Of a stretch of 64,000 nt of DNA, positions 1 through 13,286 are shown in pieces; position 1 is the stretch's first letter; the number at the start of each line of letters is the position of its first letter. The stretch is from assembly GCA_964304625.1 (NCBI GenBank), contig OZ199839.1:8464560-8528559 (forward strand), written 5' to 3'. This stretch comes from Kudoa neothunni (lineage: Eukaryota > Animalia > Cnidaria). The notes beneath the pieces were generated by a model. It did no database searches and had not been told where the DNA came from. It saw only the letters and a list, made by a program, of their open reading frames with translations. Made by a program: the position numbers and the translations under genes.

Positions 1-620
1 CTTATCCTATTTATGAATATTGTTATAAACTATTAAGTTGATTTAGTAGATTTTTATTTTGCATTCTCTAGGTTAATTTGTACTACCATAAATCAGGCTT
101 TACTAAGAAAAAAGTTGTCGTTTAAATAGTTTTTTGTTTTTCATAATTCTAAAAATAAAAAATACAATAATTCATTCATTTAAAAAAATTTGATAAGAAT
201 GTGTAGTATACCGTTCTATTGATAGATGGATTTTAATATGAATATTTTGTGCATTCAAATGAATCGATATTTTGAATTACCAGACATACACTTCCTAGCA
301 GGGTTGATAATCCGAGATAGTTCATATTATTTATTATACAGTTTATCTTGTGATTAATCATGATAATAATACTAAAAATTTTTATAAGAAATCATTATCG
401 TGTTTATTGATTTGAAACCTGAATTGTTTTGTCAAAGGATAATTTTGATAATATAATATTGTCATGATTAATTATTAAAGGATAAGTTTATTATAAAATA
501 GTTCAATAATAAAGCAATGAAACTTTCGTTCCAATAGCTTTTTGGTCCGGCACAATATCGAATATAATAAACCATTCACGTATTCAGTTACAATCGTTTA
601 TTTCACTAATACTATTAACC

Positions 621-3588
621 ATGTTTAAGAGTGTACTCTTATTCTACATAATTTGTATATAATTTCTTTTATGATTAATTTTATTATTTTTCGTTTTATT
701 AGTACTTGCAAGGACAGATCAGGCATCTAAAACTACACCTGTAGCTGAAGTGGAGGCTGCACTAACTTATCAGATTATTCAAGATAATAACACTAAGGAA
801 AATTTACTAAAACACACGTTGAGAGGCACAAAGTATGTGGCTAACAGAAAATGTCGTATAATGAGATCAAACGAGGCAGAAATTATAGTCGCTGCCAGTG
901 CAACAGTAGCTGAATTTAAAGAAATCTCAACTTGCCCTAGTGAAGAAACTAGCACCAATGGTGAATGTATCATCGCATGTAACAGTGAAAAAAGTAAAGT
1001 TCCTTATAATAATCTTTCGCCAAGAACCAAATACATCTACGTAAAAGACGGTGGTGACAAGACAGCTGTTGAAAGCGACACCCATAAACAGGGTGGAAAA
1101 GTGTTTGGTTTGGCAATATGTAATTTAATATAAATGATTGAAATATATTAATGTGTTAAATTTAGCATTAATAGTAAATCCTCAGATAAAAATATCTGTA
1201 GATGATGCTAAGAAATTGAAGTTATCTACAAATACTTGCAGTCCAGTCGATTGTCCCATCTTTTATAAAGATGCAATGTTCCAAAATGGATCAAAGGTAA
1301 GTCAATGTGATACAGCTGTCTCGTCTACTATGGAATTCGACTTATTAATTCCTCACTATGAGATGAGATGTATGAAGTACCCCAGTTTTTTTTATCATAT
1401 GCCAAATACATACATGAAGACCAACATGGCTATTTACGAGCCTCAATATTATGTAACCAAAAAGACAGGAGATGATACAAAAGTTGTAGTTAAATTCACA
1501 GGTTCAATGTTATCATCTGAAATATGCGTATTCAGCATTAAAGACGGGAAAGATACTGGAAATAGCCAACCATTTGAATCTAAATGTGGAAACACGGATG
1601 GGAAATGCTACGCACCGTGTAAAGATATTGAACTTACGTTAACTGCAGCAAAAGAAATATATAAAATCTTAATTCAAACCAGGCATCACGACCTCACAAA
1701 AAATACCGCTACTGCTACAGAGGGATTTCAACAGAATAAATTTGGTATTTATATGGTGAATAATAAGATTTATAGTTCATTTTGTAGCGATTACAGAGAC
1801 TGGGGATGGATTATTATCGTTGTATTCAAATCAGGGTGTAACATTCGATAGGACCTTATTTGGGACGATTGGCACCACCCCCTCTTCTACATGCACGCTA
1901 AAACATTATGCGGCTGACAAGATTAAAAAACCATCGACGAATACAAAGTGTGACTCTACAACTCGAACGGGAAATGATAATCATTGTAATACAGACCTCA
2001 CGAAGGGGGTGATTGAAGGACTTTCTGCAGGAAAACCATACATAATCGAAGCTTCAGTTGCTGGTACAGACAGTCAGATTATTATTAATGAACAAATACT
2101 TATAAGAACAAGTATATAGTTAATACTTTGCAACTATCAAAGCTAAACTTTTATAAAGACAAAAAAGATACCAGTACAGTATTCAAAACAACAGCCCCAA
2201 CTATAACAGAATCAACAACTACTTTAACAGCAATTGGAGGCGCACTTGGAACTAATAAGAACGAAGAGCCAAACTGTGAATATTATATTAGTCCAACGGG
2301 AAAGAATACATTTTGCGCTGCTACATGCACTGTGACGAACCCCTGTAGAGGACGATGTAGAGAATCAATAACTATCATTGACCTCGAACCAAATACTTCC
2401 TATGATATTAAAGTCGTTGCTGACAAAGACTATAAGGAGCATGTTTATACTAATGTTATTACAGGTACATTTAAAAGTGATTTGTGCATTAATTAAAATT
2501 AGGTTTGGCCACATTGATCATTTCTCAAAAATATACTGTGAATGGTATGGAGTTGAATGCACAGTTATCCAAAAAAGTTCCAGAAGCCATTTGCCATTAT
2601 ACAATCCAGGTCAAGGACAATGACAAGTTCGAAAATGTTTATATGTGTGAGGGACCAAAGACACCAGAGGCTGCTCCACCAAGCACAACAACTGGATCCA
2701 ACGCTAGCGCTGGTCAACCGAATGCCAGCACCAGCCAACTTTCTAATCTTGAACCAACAGTTATTGGAACAAAGATTGCAAGAGCTGGCGAAACTCAAAC
2801 AGATAATGCTGCACCTACTATTACTACTGCAACAGCGGCTCCTCAAAGTTCAAACACGTGTGCATCGCCTCCATTATGCCGTTCGATTATATTCAATGGT
2901 TATGATGCAAAAAAAGAATACAATGTGGTAGTCACTGCAGTAGGAAAATCTTCACCTAAAGAAATCACTATATTACCTAGTAACTAAAATATCCACTCAT
3001 ATGAATATTAACATAATTTAATAGCTGCTCCAAAAGGAAATCCAACAGAAAAGGGGAAAACTATATTTATAACTATAACAAGAGATGGTGAGTTATTCCA
3101 TATAGAAAATACACTTCCATCAAGTCTTCAAGAAAATTCAAAATGCAAATGGATATTACGTAATTCAAGTGTCAAGTCGATGCCAACAGTAAAACGATGT
3201 ATGAGTCCAAGAGATGCTGGTTGTAGAACCTTCCCAACATGCAAATCTTTTACCATCAGAGGAATAATAGACGGTAACAGTTATCATTTGACTGTTTACA
3301 GCTCTACAGATGATACTATTTATGGTGAGGAAGTTATAGAACAAGGTAAAATTTGATTTACGCAATGATATTTTAATTATGATTTTTAGGTGCAAAAAGC
3401 AGTTCAAGGTTTGTATAATCATTAAATAATTAATTAATCCATTATTTAGTTCAAAAACCCTCGTCATGTATTCATAATGAAATTACTTGTGATTTAAATA
3501 AAATCATTTTAGAATAATAGTGGTTGCGGTACTTGGAGTTCTGATTGTCGGTGCAGTTGGATTCGTGGTTATCAAAAAGAAAAATTAA
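621..3588 (+). CDS. Cys-rich FN3-like repeat type I membrane protein, paralog A (10 exons, about 856 aa)
   Basis: Hand-spliced exons 621-654, 703-1119, 1166-1744, 1788-2111, 2159-2464, 2503-2979, 3025-3345, 3390-3408, 3450-3467, 3513-3588 give one open frame with GT-AG introns. Signal peptide MFKSVLLFYIILLA, FN3-type motifs (NLSPRTKY, GLSAGKPY, DLEPNTSYDIKVVA), TM IIIVVAVLGVLIVGAVGFVVI, tail KKKN*. Confidence 0.85.
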
Positions 3589-5629
3589 CCTTAAATAATC
3601 AGAAAGACCATATAAATTTATATATTATATTTAGATTAATTTTATAATAAAAATATTATTAATATTTTCTTTATATTATAAGAATACATTCGAAAATAAT
3701 AAATATGTATAATCCGTAGGCCTTTCTGTTTGTCCATAAGTATCTTTGTGCCCGCATAAAATTATTCTAAATGCACTTTTTAATAACATATAAAAATATT
3801 GGATCAATAATAAAATACGATAATTCATCTATAAGTGCCAATGTAATTAATATTTTTATCAGGAGTAGGGAATTTCCTGGTACTCTTCTTAAGGAACAGA
3901 TTCAAAATTACCTGTTTATAATTGATGTTAGTTTGTTTCAGGGTGATAAACAATTACAATGAACGTTTACTCTATAAATACAAACAGAATTAGTCAATTA
4001 AAATATAGAATGTCATATAAATATTATTTTTGCCACTTGGGGAAATGTTACGATATGTGAAGCTACCATTGCCATTTTTACATGTGGTTTAGAACTCTTT
4101 AAAGTTTAAGACATACACCAATATTTAGGACGTTTTACCTATCCAACAAATACCAAAATTATATTTTAAGCGAAAATAAATTATCATTCTAAGTTATATA
4201 TAAATAATCTGATATTATAAATTGATGCCATAGAATAATGATTTGGTGACTTTAGACCAATCCGGAAAAGTTTTAGCATGTTTTTAGAATTTTTAAATAA
4301 TTTAATTTTCATTGCAATATTTGAAATATGAATCACCTTTTCTTAAAATTCCTGAAATTGACAATGTATCTTTAATCATAATAATTCAATGAATTAGAAA
4401 TTACATATACTTTTCCAAAAAATGTTAACTTTTTTAAATTAAATTAAACATTCTTACATAATCTACTATATAAAGCAAACCGGTAATCCGTATGTGTGTC
4501 AATGTGTACGCATTTTTCATTCTTGATAGAGAGACATATCACTCCATTTGAGCACGCATATAGAAAGATAAAATTTTATTTTAACACAGCAAAATACGTA
4601 AAAAATTATAAAAGGTTTGCATCCTGCAAAATGACTAAAAATATTTTCACGTGATATGAGTGGTATGATTTCAGGATTTATGCAAACATATAGGTCATTT
4701 CGTTAAAGTTATACAAAGATAATTTTAAATGTACCATAGTGTTTATTTTACTTTAAGATTATTGGAAAGTAATTTAGTAATTTATTAATTTAAATGAGGA
4801 ATGTAATAGTAGGTTGTGTATCCAAGTATTAATATGAAATTCATTTACTGATGTTTAACAACATTGGTCCTTTTCATATGGTGTGATTTAGGGATTACTG
4901 CAAACAACAAGGAGAAAATAGATTTTTAAACGCTCAGTAGTGTTTATTCGTTTTTAAAAATATTAAATAAAGTTCATGTGCCCAATGAGTTAAATAAATC
5001 ATCAGTTAATTGGGTAATCTTTGTACTATTTATCTAAATATTCTAAATTTACTTTGAATTTCAAATGACCTTGGCCTACTCATGGCTTTAGTCTACTTGG
5101 CGGGGCTTTTGCGATAGTATTTTATATAGATATCATTAACGTCTTTATTACTAAGTTATCATTCGGGTATTAACCTACGTGAGATACTTTATGTATGCAA
5201 TATCAAAAGTGTATGAATATGATTGAAATAATCCTAAGATAGTGTTCATTTAAAAGGTAAACACATTTTTATACGTCAGATTAAATTTGGTTTGTAAATA
5301 ACGCAAATTCGTCATAATAATAAATTGAGAATTGTGAGTTTGGTTTCATCATGTTTGATTCGAAAAAATGAAGCATATAAATATTTTTTAACTGATTATT
5401 TAATTTTTTAAGATTACGTTTATCTACTAAAGTGTATTAATTGAATATAAAATCTGGTTTTGTTTAATTTAGGCTTCACTATTAAATCTAATAATTTGAT
5501 TTTCGTTTTATAATTAAATCCTAAAATTATCTCTGTACTATTTGATATTTGTAATAATTATGGTAAGTTAGCTATAAGTTATTTTATAAAAATATCGAAT
5601 TTTACTTTTTTTGCGCAATAGTTATTTAA

Positions 5630-7450
5630 CCTTCTAAGTCAAACGAAAATTTACACCCTCCAAGTATTTATAATTGGGGTCGAAAATACCCACGTTTTGA
5701 TTTGACAAAATATTTTAGGAAATGATAATATGTATTTCCAGAAGTTTTCAAAATATTCTGCCGATTATATATTCACTAATTTTATAAATAACATCATGTA
5801 ATATTTTGTGCGCATGTGCAAATGATAAAGAAATATTTTAACCACAACGTATGTGTAGGTATTACTTATGAGATTGCATATTTTCTATAAACAACCCAAA
5901 ATTCAGCTCATTTAGTAAAATCAATTCTTTATTTAATTTGCACTTAATGTATGTCAAAAAACAGCATAATCGCGTCATAAAACTATTGCATAAAACAGGA
6001 AACATAGATATGCTTTAAATGTTCATTAGGGTAGAAACAACGCGTTTTTTTTACACCCAAATATGCCACAGTTCACCAACATGGCAACAATTTCCGGATT
6101 ATTTTTTTACCACAATATTATCCATACCATCAAAATGTGAAACTCGCATTATTTGGAGAAATTTATGTAATGAGAATAAATCATTATATATCTTTCCTTA
6201 TTCTCACCCAAATATCTCTTTAACCGATTATCAAATATCCCTGTGATATCCCATCAAAAATAAACAGCTAATAAACCCATCCAATTCGATCCATCTATCA
6301 CCAACGATTTTTCCACCCACGTACTGGTATATTTTAAAATAATGGCGTACATAACAAAACTAAATATTATTCTAAAAGTATCAATTGTATTTTGCGATAA
6401 AAACGGAGAGACACCAGGACGACTATTCATAATATTTGCACCACATGTTCTAGAATCTAGATGCCAACGGCGGGTTCATCGATAATAACGTTCCATTCTT
6501 GTGTATTAATGAGTTAAGTTGTATATCTATGTCAATATTAAAATTTTCTAACAATAAATAATCATTAAACGATGAAAATAAATCCAATGACTCGGTATAG
6601 GAGTAAATAATATCAAGATCACTTGAACACATCATCGAAATTAATTATTGTACATACGCGATGTAGCTTAAGATATGATATTCATGCAATAAAAACATAT
6701 TTACTCGATTGACTTTTTTCAAGATTTTCCCAAATATTTAGATCAAGATTTTGGATAAATAGGTGAGAAAAATTAGAATTTTCATTGCATTATACATGAT
6801 GAGAAAGTAGAAAGTGAAAAAGTAATTGAAGATATTTTTCGTTTCGTTAATAAAAAGGTCAAGCAAGATTTCAGAAAAAACAATGCATATTTTTATATGT
6901 AGTCGTATTTAAACTTCTTAAGAAATAATTGCAATTGGTATTCATTTATGGAAATGGATAATATTCAGTTTGTTGGAATGATAAATAATTATTTTCTCAA
7001 AATACAACTATAAAAGTTAATCAAAAATATTTAAACGACATTTAGAAATTAATTTTTTTTAATTGTATGAAAGTAATTTTTTGATTACTTTAAATCTTTA
7101 ATATTTATTGACTGCATTGTCAGTCATATTTATTAATGCATCATGAAATAATCTAAGTATATTTTATTGTTAATTGAATGAGTAAAAGGAATCTTAAATA
7201 TGATTTCTTATATTTTTTTCTTTATTAAATTAGATGAAATATAATAATGTAAACAAAATAAGAGATTCTAGGATTAAATTTTTTAATGGTTTGTTATTTC
7301 TAACGTTTTTTGTGGAATTTCTGTTAGTTTTATGCAATTGAACTAAATATGGATATAAAATCTGATGATATCAAGTTGTTAACAATTTGTCAATAATAGC
7401 GGAAAAAATTAAATCTGAGCAGGGGTCAATATTTTATCCAGCAGTACAAT
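5630..7450 (-). mobile_element. Decayed piggyBac-like transposon remnant
   Basis: TTAA (5626-5629) then CCTTCTAAGT, identical to the right TIR of the 28671-31000 element. Subterminal GGGGTCGAAAATACCC. Broken transposase-like residue on the minus strand at about 5950-6635. Far end uncertain. Confidence 0.5.
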
Positions 7451-7591
7451 AAGCATACAATTTATTTAACACTTTTACATCGATTAAAAGTATTTTCAAT
7501 GAAAGATGTGTACATAGAATTTAGAGTCATATTTTGAATTTGAGTTTAATTTGTTTACGATATTTGGCGATGGTGACCGAAATATAGCCAA

Positions 7592-8240
7592 ATGATTCGA
7601 TTCGGTTTAATTTTCTCTCCCCTCGCTCGATCTATAACAACAACAACGTGGATATGTCATAATCCTTCTTTAAAGAAGAAATTGACGCCAACCGCTTCCA
7701 AACACAAAAAAGGATCAAAATCCAAAAAGTCCGACTACGGCGTGGCAACCTATTTCAAACCATCTGCTCATCATTTACCTTTTGACAGCACCCTTTTGGA
7801 GGATATTCCATTGGAAGAACGATATGATGCATCTATTGAAATGGATGAAGAGCTAAGGAAACAATTAGCAATAGCCAGAACTCAGGAACACATCTCTATG
7901 GACAAGCACATTAAAGCAAGACTTCAAGCAAGAGATTCGGCCATGAAATTATTGCGATGCCGCTTCCCACACGCTTATCTAATGTTGATTGAGTCGCTGC
8001 CTAAAACAAGAACAAATCGGAAATCTAAGGAGCTCGATATTATTCCTGGTGGTAGCTATTAAGGAGTTTTGAAAGTTCTTCTACAATTCTAATTTAGATC
8101 CACCATTATTGAACCTACCGCTAGAATTCAATGGACCTTACGAAACGCCTCCCATATCGGGATTTCAACCTCCTGATGAGATTATTGATTCTGACTTTCA
8201 TGAGGTTGTTATCAAGAAACATTTGAAAACTGATTTTTAG
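7592..8240 (+). CDS. MRPL40: Mitochondrial ribosomal protein mL40 (2 exons)
   Basis: Basic presequence-like N-terminus, ARDSAMKLLR helix, and after a short intron (about 8049-8097) LPLEFNGPYETPPISGFQPPD, resembling the mL40 C-terminal GPxxTPPIxxYQPP motif. Confidence 0.75.
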
Positions 8241-9373
8241 CTTATTTGTTGTTTTATAGATTTTAAAATTTTCATATTAGCCATTAAAAATTATTAAATT
8301 TGTCATTTTATTTTTTAATACATCTAAGACAGGTTATTGTTAATTTTTGTGATATCCGTCTAAAGAATAAAATAATGGGTAGCGATTTTCGTGTATTACT
8401 TAACTTTAATTCTTTGTTAGCGTAGTTAATTGTCATTATGACAATTATAATAGATGTAAACTATACTAATTTAAAGATATTTTTATTTTCATTAATCCAA
8501 TTTCTAATTCTTTTGTACCTAATTTATGAGGAAATTAAATTCACTAAGTGGATTATAAATGAATGCAATTTTGAACTTGTTCCATAAAATAAAAAAATGT
8601 TTTTACCTGTACAAAATTAGCCGGTTTTTGAATAATTATTATTTTTATTTACGCAAGTTTCCTTGTAAACAAATTATTGAATTAAATTTAAATATATACT
8701 ACAAAGAATATTAATGAACATATTTCTGATGGAATTATCAAATTGAAGAAGTACCAATATTTTAATTATAATGTATTAATTTAAAATTTAATGATCTATC
8801 ATGAATATATTTTAGTTATTTGTATGTGAATTAAATTCAGAATTGTTTTTCTAATATAATAAAATTTAGTTGTTTATTTTCGTTAATAAATTATAAAGCC
8901 ATAAATTTCATATGTGGTATTTGTACTCTAATTATTCAGATCCTAGTACGGGAGCACAAATAAGTTAGGAACAGGTACCTTTATAAAAATGTCGAAAATA
9001 GAATTCTAGTTTCTCTTATTAGTTTACTTGAAAAATGTAAATAAAAGTTTTAATAATTGTATTCTAAAAATTGCGTAATTTTTTTAAATTAAAAAGTTCA
9101 GTATTATTGAAAATAACACATAAATTTAAATTTTTTATTTCGAATTTATAATGTCAAAGAATAAACTCAGGAAAAATAATTTATTTTATAATTATTTCAT
9201 AAATATTAATTTATTCAAGAACAGAAATATTTTGGAAAATGAGGATAACAGCAACAAGTTATATTATCAGAACTTTCGTTTTAAAGAAAATCAGACATGC
9301 TACGAAGTACTTAATATTGTAAAAATAAGATATAAAACTAAAAAATAATTAATCGTAATGTAATGATTGGTCT

Positions 9374-12264
9374 TCAATTCTTTCTTTTCATAACAATCAC
9401 TGCGATTCCAATAGCAACGACGACGGCCCCTGCTACTGCTGAAGTTATAATTCTAAGTAAAAATAAGTCAAAAATAATTCAATGTTATTATTAATACATA
9501 GTATTTTTGGATCTAAATAAATATTAAAAATTAACACACGTACAAAATCTACGTTGATTTCATTGTATCGTGGGATTCCCCTACAAATATTTTATCTTAC
9601 TAAGTAACTACTTTGTTTACCTTGTTTAATTATTGCATGTCCGATTACTGTTGAATCACTGCTCACATAAACGGTGAGATAATAATCGTTAGTATCTTCG
9701 ATGTTAGGGATTTCAAAACCTTTACATAATGGAAGGGTTTCACAACCACTGTCGTTGACACCATTACACGACTTCACCAAACGTTTCTCATCTTCGGAAG
9801 AGTTACGTAACTCCCAACCACATGTACTTTCAGGCGCATTGTTCTGAAGTAGAGCTGTCACCTTTAGCTTGTTCCCTTCGCGTTCTATGCTAATGATTAT
9901 TTTTTTGTTGGCTTCTTCACTCGACGGGAAATTATCTAATATATCAAAATTTATTGAAAAAAATTCTAGTAGAAGCAAGGTCAAAACAAAATTACTTTCA
10001 GTAATATCGATAGTAACTTCCTCTGAACGACCACCGATAGCAGTGACTAACATCTGGTATTTCTTGGAACGATCGTAAAAACTAGTAAATAATATTTCCG
10101 AACAAGTTGGAAGTTCACTGCATGAGGTTAATGTGGGGATGCTATTCGAAGGGGTGGATGTAGCTTTTTGACCAGCAGCCGATCTAGCAACCTCAATTTT
10201 AGAAACCGTTGATTTCCCTTGAGGAGTGCTTGGAATTGCTACAGCTGGAGGTGGGGTGACTGGACATTCGTGAATCAACTCAAAATTTTTCCCCTTTTTA
10301 ACTTTCACTTTATAACTGCATAGGGCGAAGGGATCTGGAGTCGACAACGAACCCATCACTTTAAACCCTTTATCAGTAAATTGTGATTCAAGTTTCAGCT
10401 TCGACTTTGCTACAAATCTAATCATATTTATCATTAATATGTTTTATACTTGTTGTGATTTGAAATTCTTTGAATCCATAATCTTTGTGAGCAACTATTT
10501 TCAGATCATATTCAGTGCCTGGAGTTAATCCAACAATTTTTTGATTTTCTTTGCAAAAACCTCGACAAGGGTAACTCCCAACGCACATTGCACATACATA
10601 TACATCCTTCCCGCGAGGGCTGATATAATATGCACATGTCGGGTCATCTTTGCCGATTGTTCCATCTCCAATGGGGGCTCCAATCGTCGCTGTTGTCTCA
10701 TCTGTTGTTGGTGTTATTGCAGAGAAAGATGAAGCTTCTGCGTTTTCTAAATATTTTTTAGGCCAAATAATTTATAAATTATTATACTTGTTCTTATGAA
10801 TATATGTTCTTTGAAATTCGCTGGTAAGCCATTCGTTTCGGAACCTGCAGCTGTTATTACAAGAACGTATGGCTTTCCATTTGAAAGTTCTTTTATTTCT
10901 AAAACTGAATCACAGCCAGTGCCACAATTTTCTTTTTGTGCTCCACATTTTGATTGTATTGCATTAGTAGTAGGCGGTGGTTTATCAGCAGGAAAATGGG
11001 TTACAGTGCAACTTGTAAATTTAGGGTCCGACGCAGGCTTAAAGAGGCGCACATTTAAGGAAACATCATGTGTTATAGCAGGTATTAATACATCATTATC
11101 TGAATTAGTTTCGGTGACAACTATCCGAAAATAGTTAAATTATAAATATTAAATTGGTACCGAATTTCGTTTGTTTATAACCCTTATAATCAGAATTAAT
11201 TGGTTCTAATGGAAAATGTCTTGTTTGGATCAACACGTCTAAAATTGTCTTCGATGCTGTGAAAATGAGCTCTACATTGTTGCAAGGGGCATAACAATGT
11301 TTATTTTTCCCACCACAATTTGAGATATATTCGTTTGTAGTCCCTTCAGTATTAGCATTGGTTGAACCATCTTTAATACTGAAGCGACAGATTTCGAACG
11401 GAAATTTATTCGTGAACTTGAGTTTATACCTATCTTTCTGCTCAGAAATGTAAGCCACATAATATTGTGGTTTATAAACATCAATATTCGATAGAGTATA
11501 TGTATTTTGTAGTTTATAAAAGAAACTTGGATAATTGCCACATTTCATTTCGTAATGAGGTATCATTAAATCAAATTCTACTTCGTTTAAGACACTCGGG
11601 GAAGTGCAACTTGCTGCTTCCGTACCAGCTGCATATTCGACCTCTTTATAGTATACGGGACAGTTGACTTGTGGAAAGGAGGTCGTGCAAAATTTTAGTT
11701 TACTTTGAGCTGTGGTGCTAACCACCACTTTTGGATTCGCTAGTAATCCTAATAAATCTTTACATCACAATTTTATTCCTAATTAATTACGTAATTCAAG
11801 TCCAAACACGGTTCCTCCATTGTTTTTCGCTGCGGCGCGTGAAGCATCGTCATCTTTGAAAACAACTATGTATTTAGTCCTTGGGGAAAATATATCAAAT
11901 TTCAGCATATTTCCACCTTCCGTGCAATTTCGAACGCATTTATTTTGACCACTTGTTTGGTCTGTCCCAGGGCAAGTATTTATATCCTCATACCCGGTAA
12001 TCCCAACATTCGACTTTTTAATCTGACAGTAATTTGTTTTACTGTATGCGCTTCCGCTCAATGTAAGATTAACTTTCATTATACTACTATCCTCTACAAT
12101 TTTATATGTAAGTTCATTTGTAGAAGGCTGAGATTGAACTTCTACACCAGCTGCATCCATATAAGTGCATTTGACTATACTTTATTCATTTTAATCACAA
12201 ATAAATATTTCTAGTTACATAAAACAAACAAAAATACACCCAGTTGGTAGAGTGAAATCTTCAT
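9374..12264 (-). CDS. Cys-rich FN3-like repeat type I membrane protein, paralog B (10 exons)
   Basis: Colinear with paralog A with the same intron positions. Shared EFDL(L/M)IPHYEMxCxxYPSFFY and CYAPC motifs, textbook FN3 motif GLTPGTEYDLKIVA, signal peptide MKISLYQLGVFLFVLF, TM then KRKN*. Confidence 0.85.
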
Positions 12265-13286
12265 TCTATTTTTTATATTATATAGACGAAAATATTCGTG
12301 ACATTAATTAAATTCTTCAATTTGATCGAGTTTGATTAATAGTATTAATGGTATTAACAATTTATAAACAAGAAACGTTATAGGATTAATAATCATAATA
12401 TAGTTATTAATAGTTTGGAGTTTTATTTTATATCATTTATCAACAGATGAATCTTCATCGTTACTATGAATCTCCAATTTATTTTCTTAATTTAAGATTA
12501 TAAAAAAACAAATTTAGTATTTTCCCTTTTAACGGTATGTTGTAACTACTATACGAATTTATTTACATTAGATAAATTTTGGTGCATTTAAAATTTGCGT
12601 TGATTAGTTTTGCTAAATTTGGGATTCGTACAGTTTGACACAATTCAATATGAAATTATATTTTCTTAATAATCATATATACTTAGTTATTTGATCAAAA
12701 AAATTCTTATTATAAAGCCATCAAATACATAATACAAATTAAATAATTTTATGTGACGTTTTTATCTTTAAATGTGTACACATGTGTCAGCGAATAATTT
12801 TCCTAGATGCAAACGATTTTATTTGATTCTTGTAGTGAGATAATAAATATAAATTTTTTATAGTTTGAAATATTATATACGTATAGCACATAATTAAAAA
12901 TATATCGCATTTTTCATGCACATGGCTTATAAATATATATTAGAGAAAGTTGTTTCGTGGATTTTATTGAAAGATACGGTAATCTAGGTGATTTAATTAG
13001 AATTTAAGAGGTGATTTATATCTTCACTATTTAATTCATTAATTTTTATTAATTAATGCAAAATTCTTATTATAAGGAAGTGATTGAGTTAAACTCAATA
13101 AAATTTGAAGTTTCTAATATAACATTTATCAGTAATATTTTTTTTTCTAAATTGATATTATATAGCAGGGTTTTTAAAATTTTTATAATTGTTGAAATGC
13201 AGAATTCGAAATAGGGGCTCATTTTAATGGTGAAGAGAATCAATAACAATCAAACTAATCATAGCGTTAAAAAATACACTGTAGCC

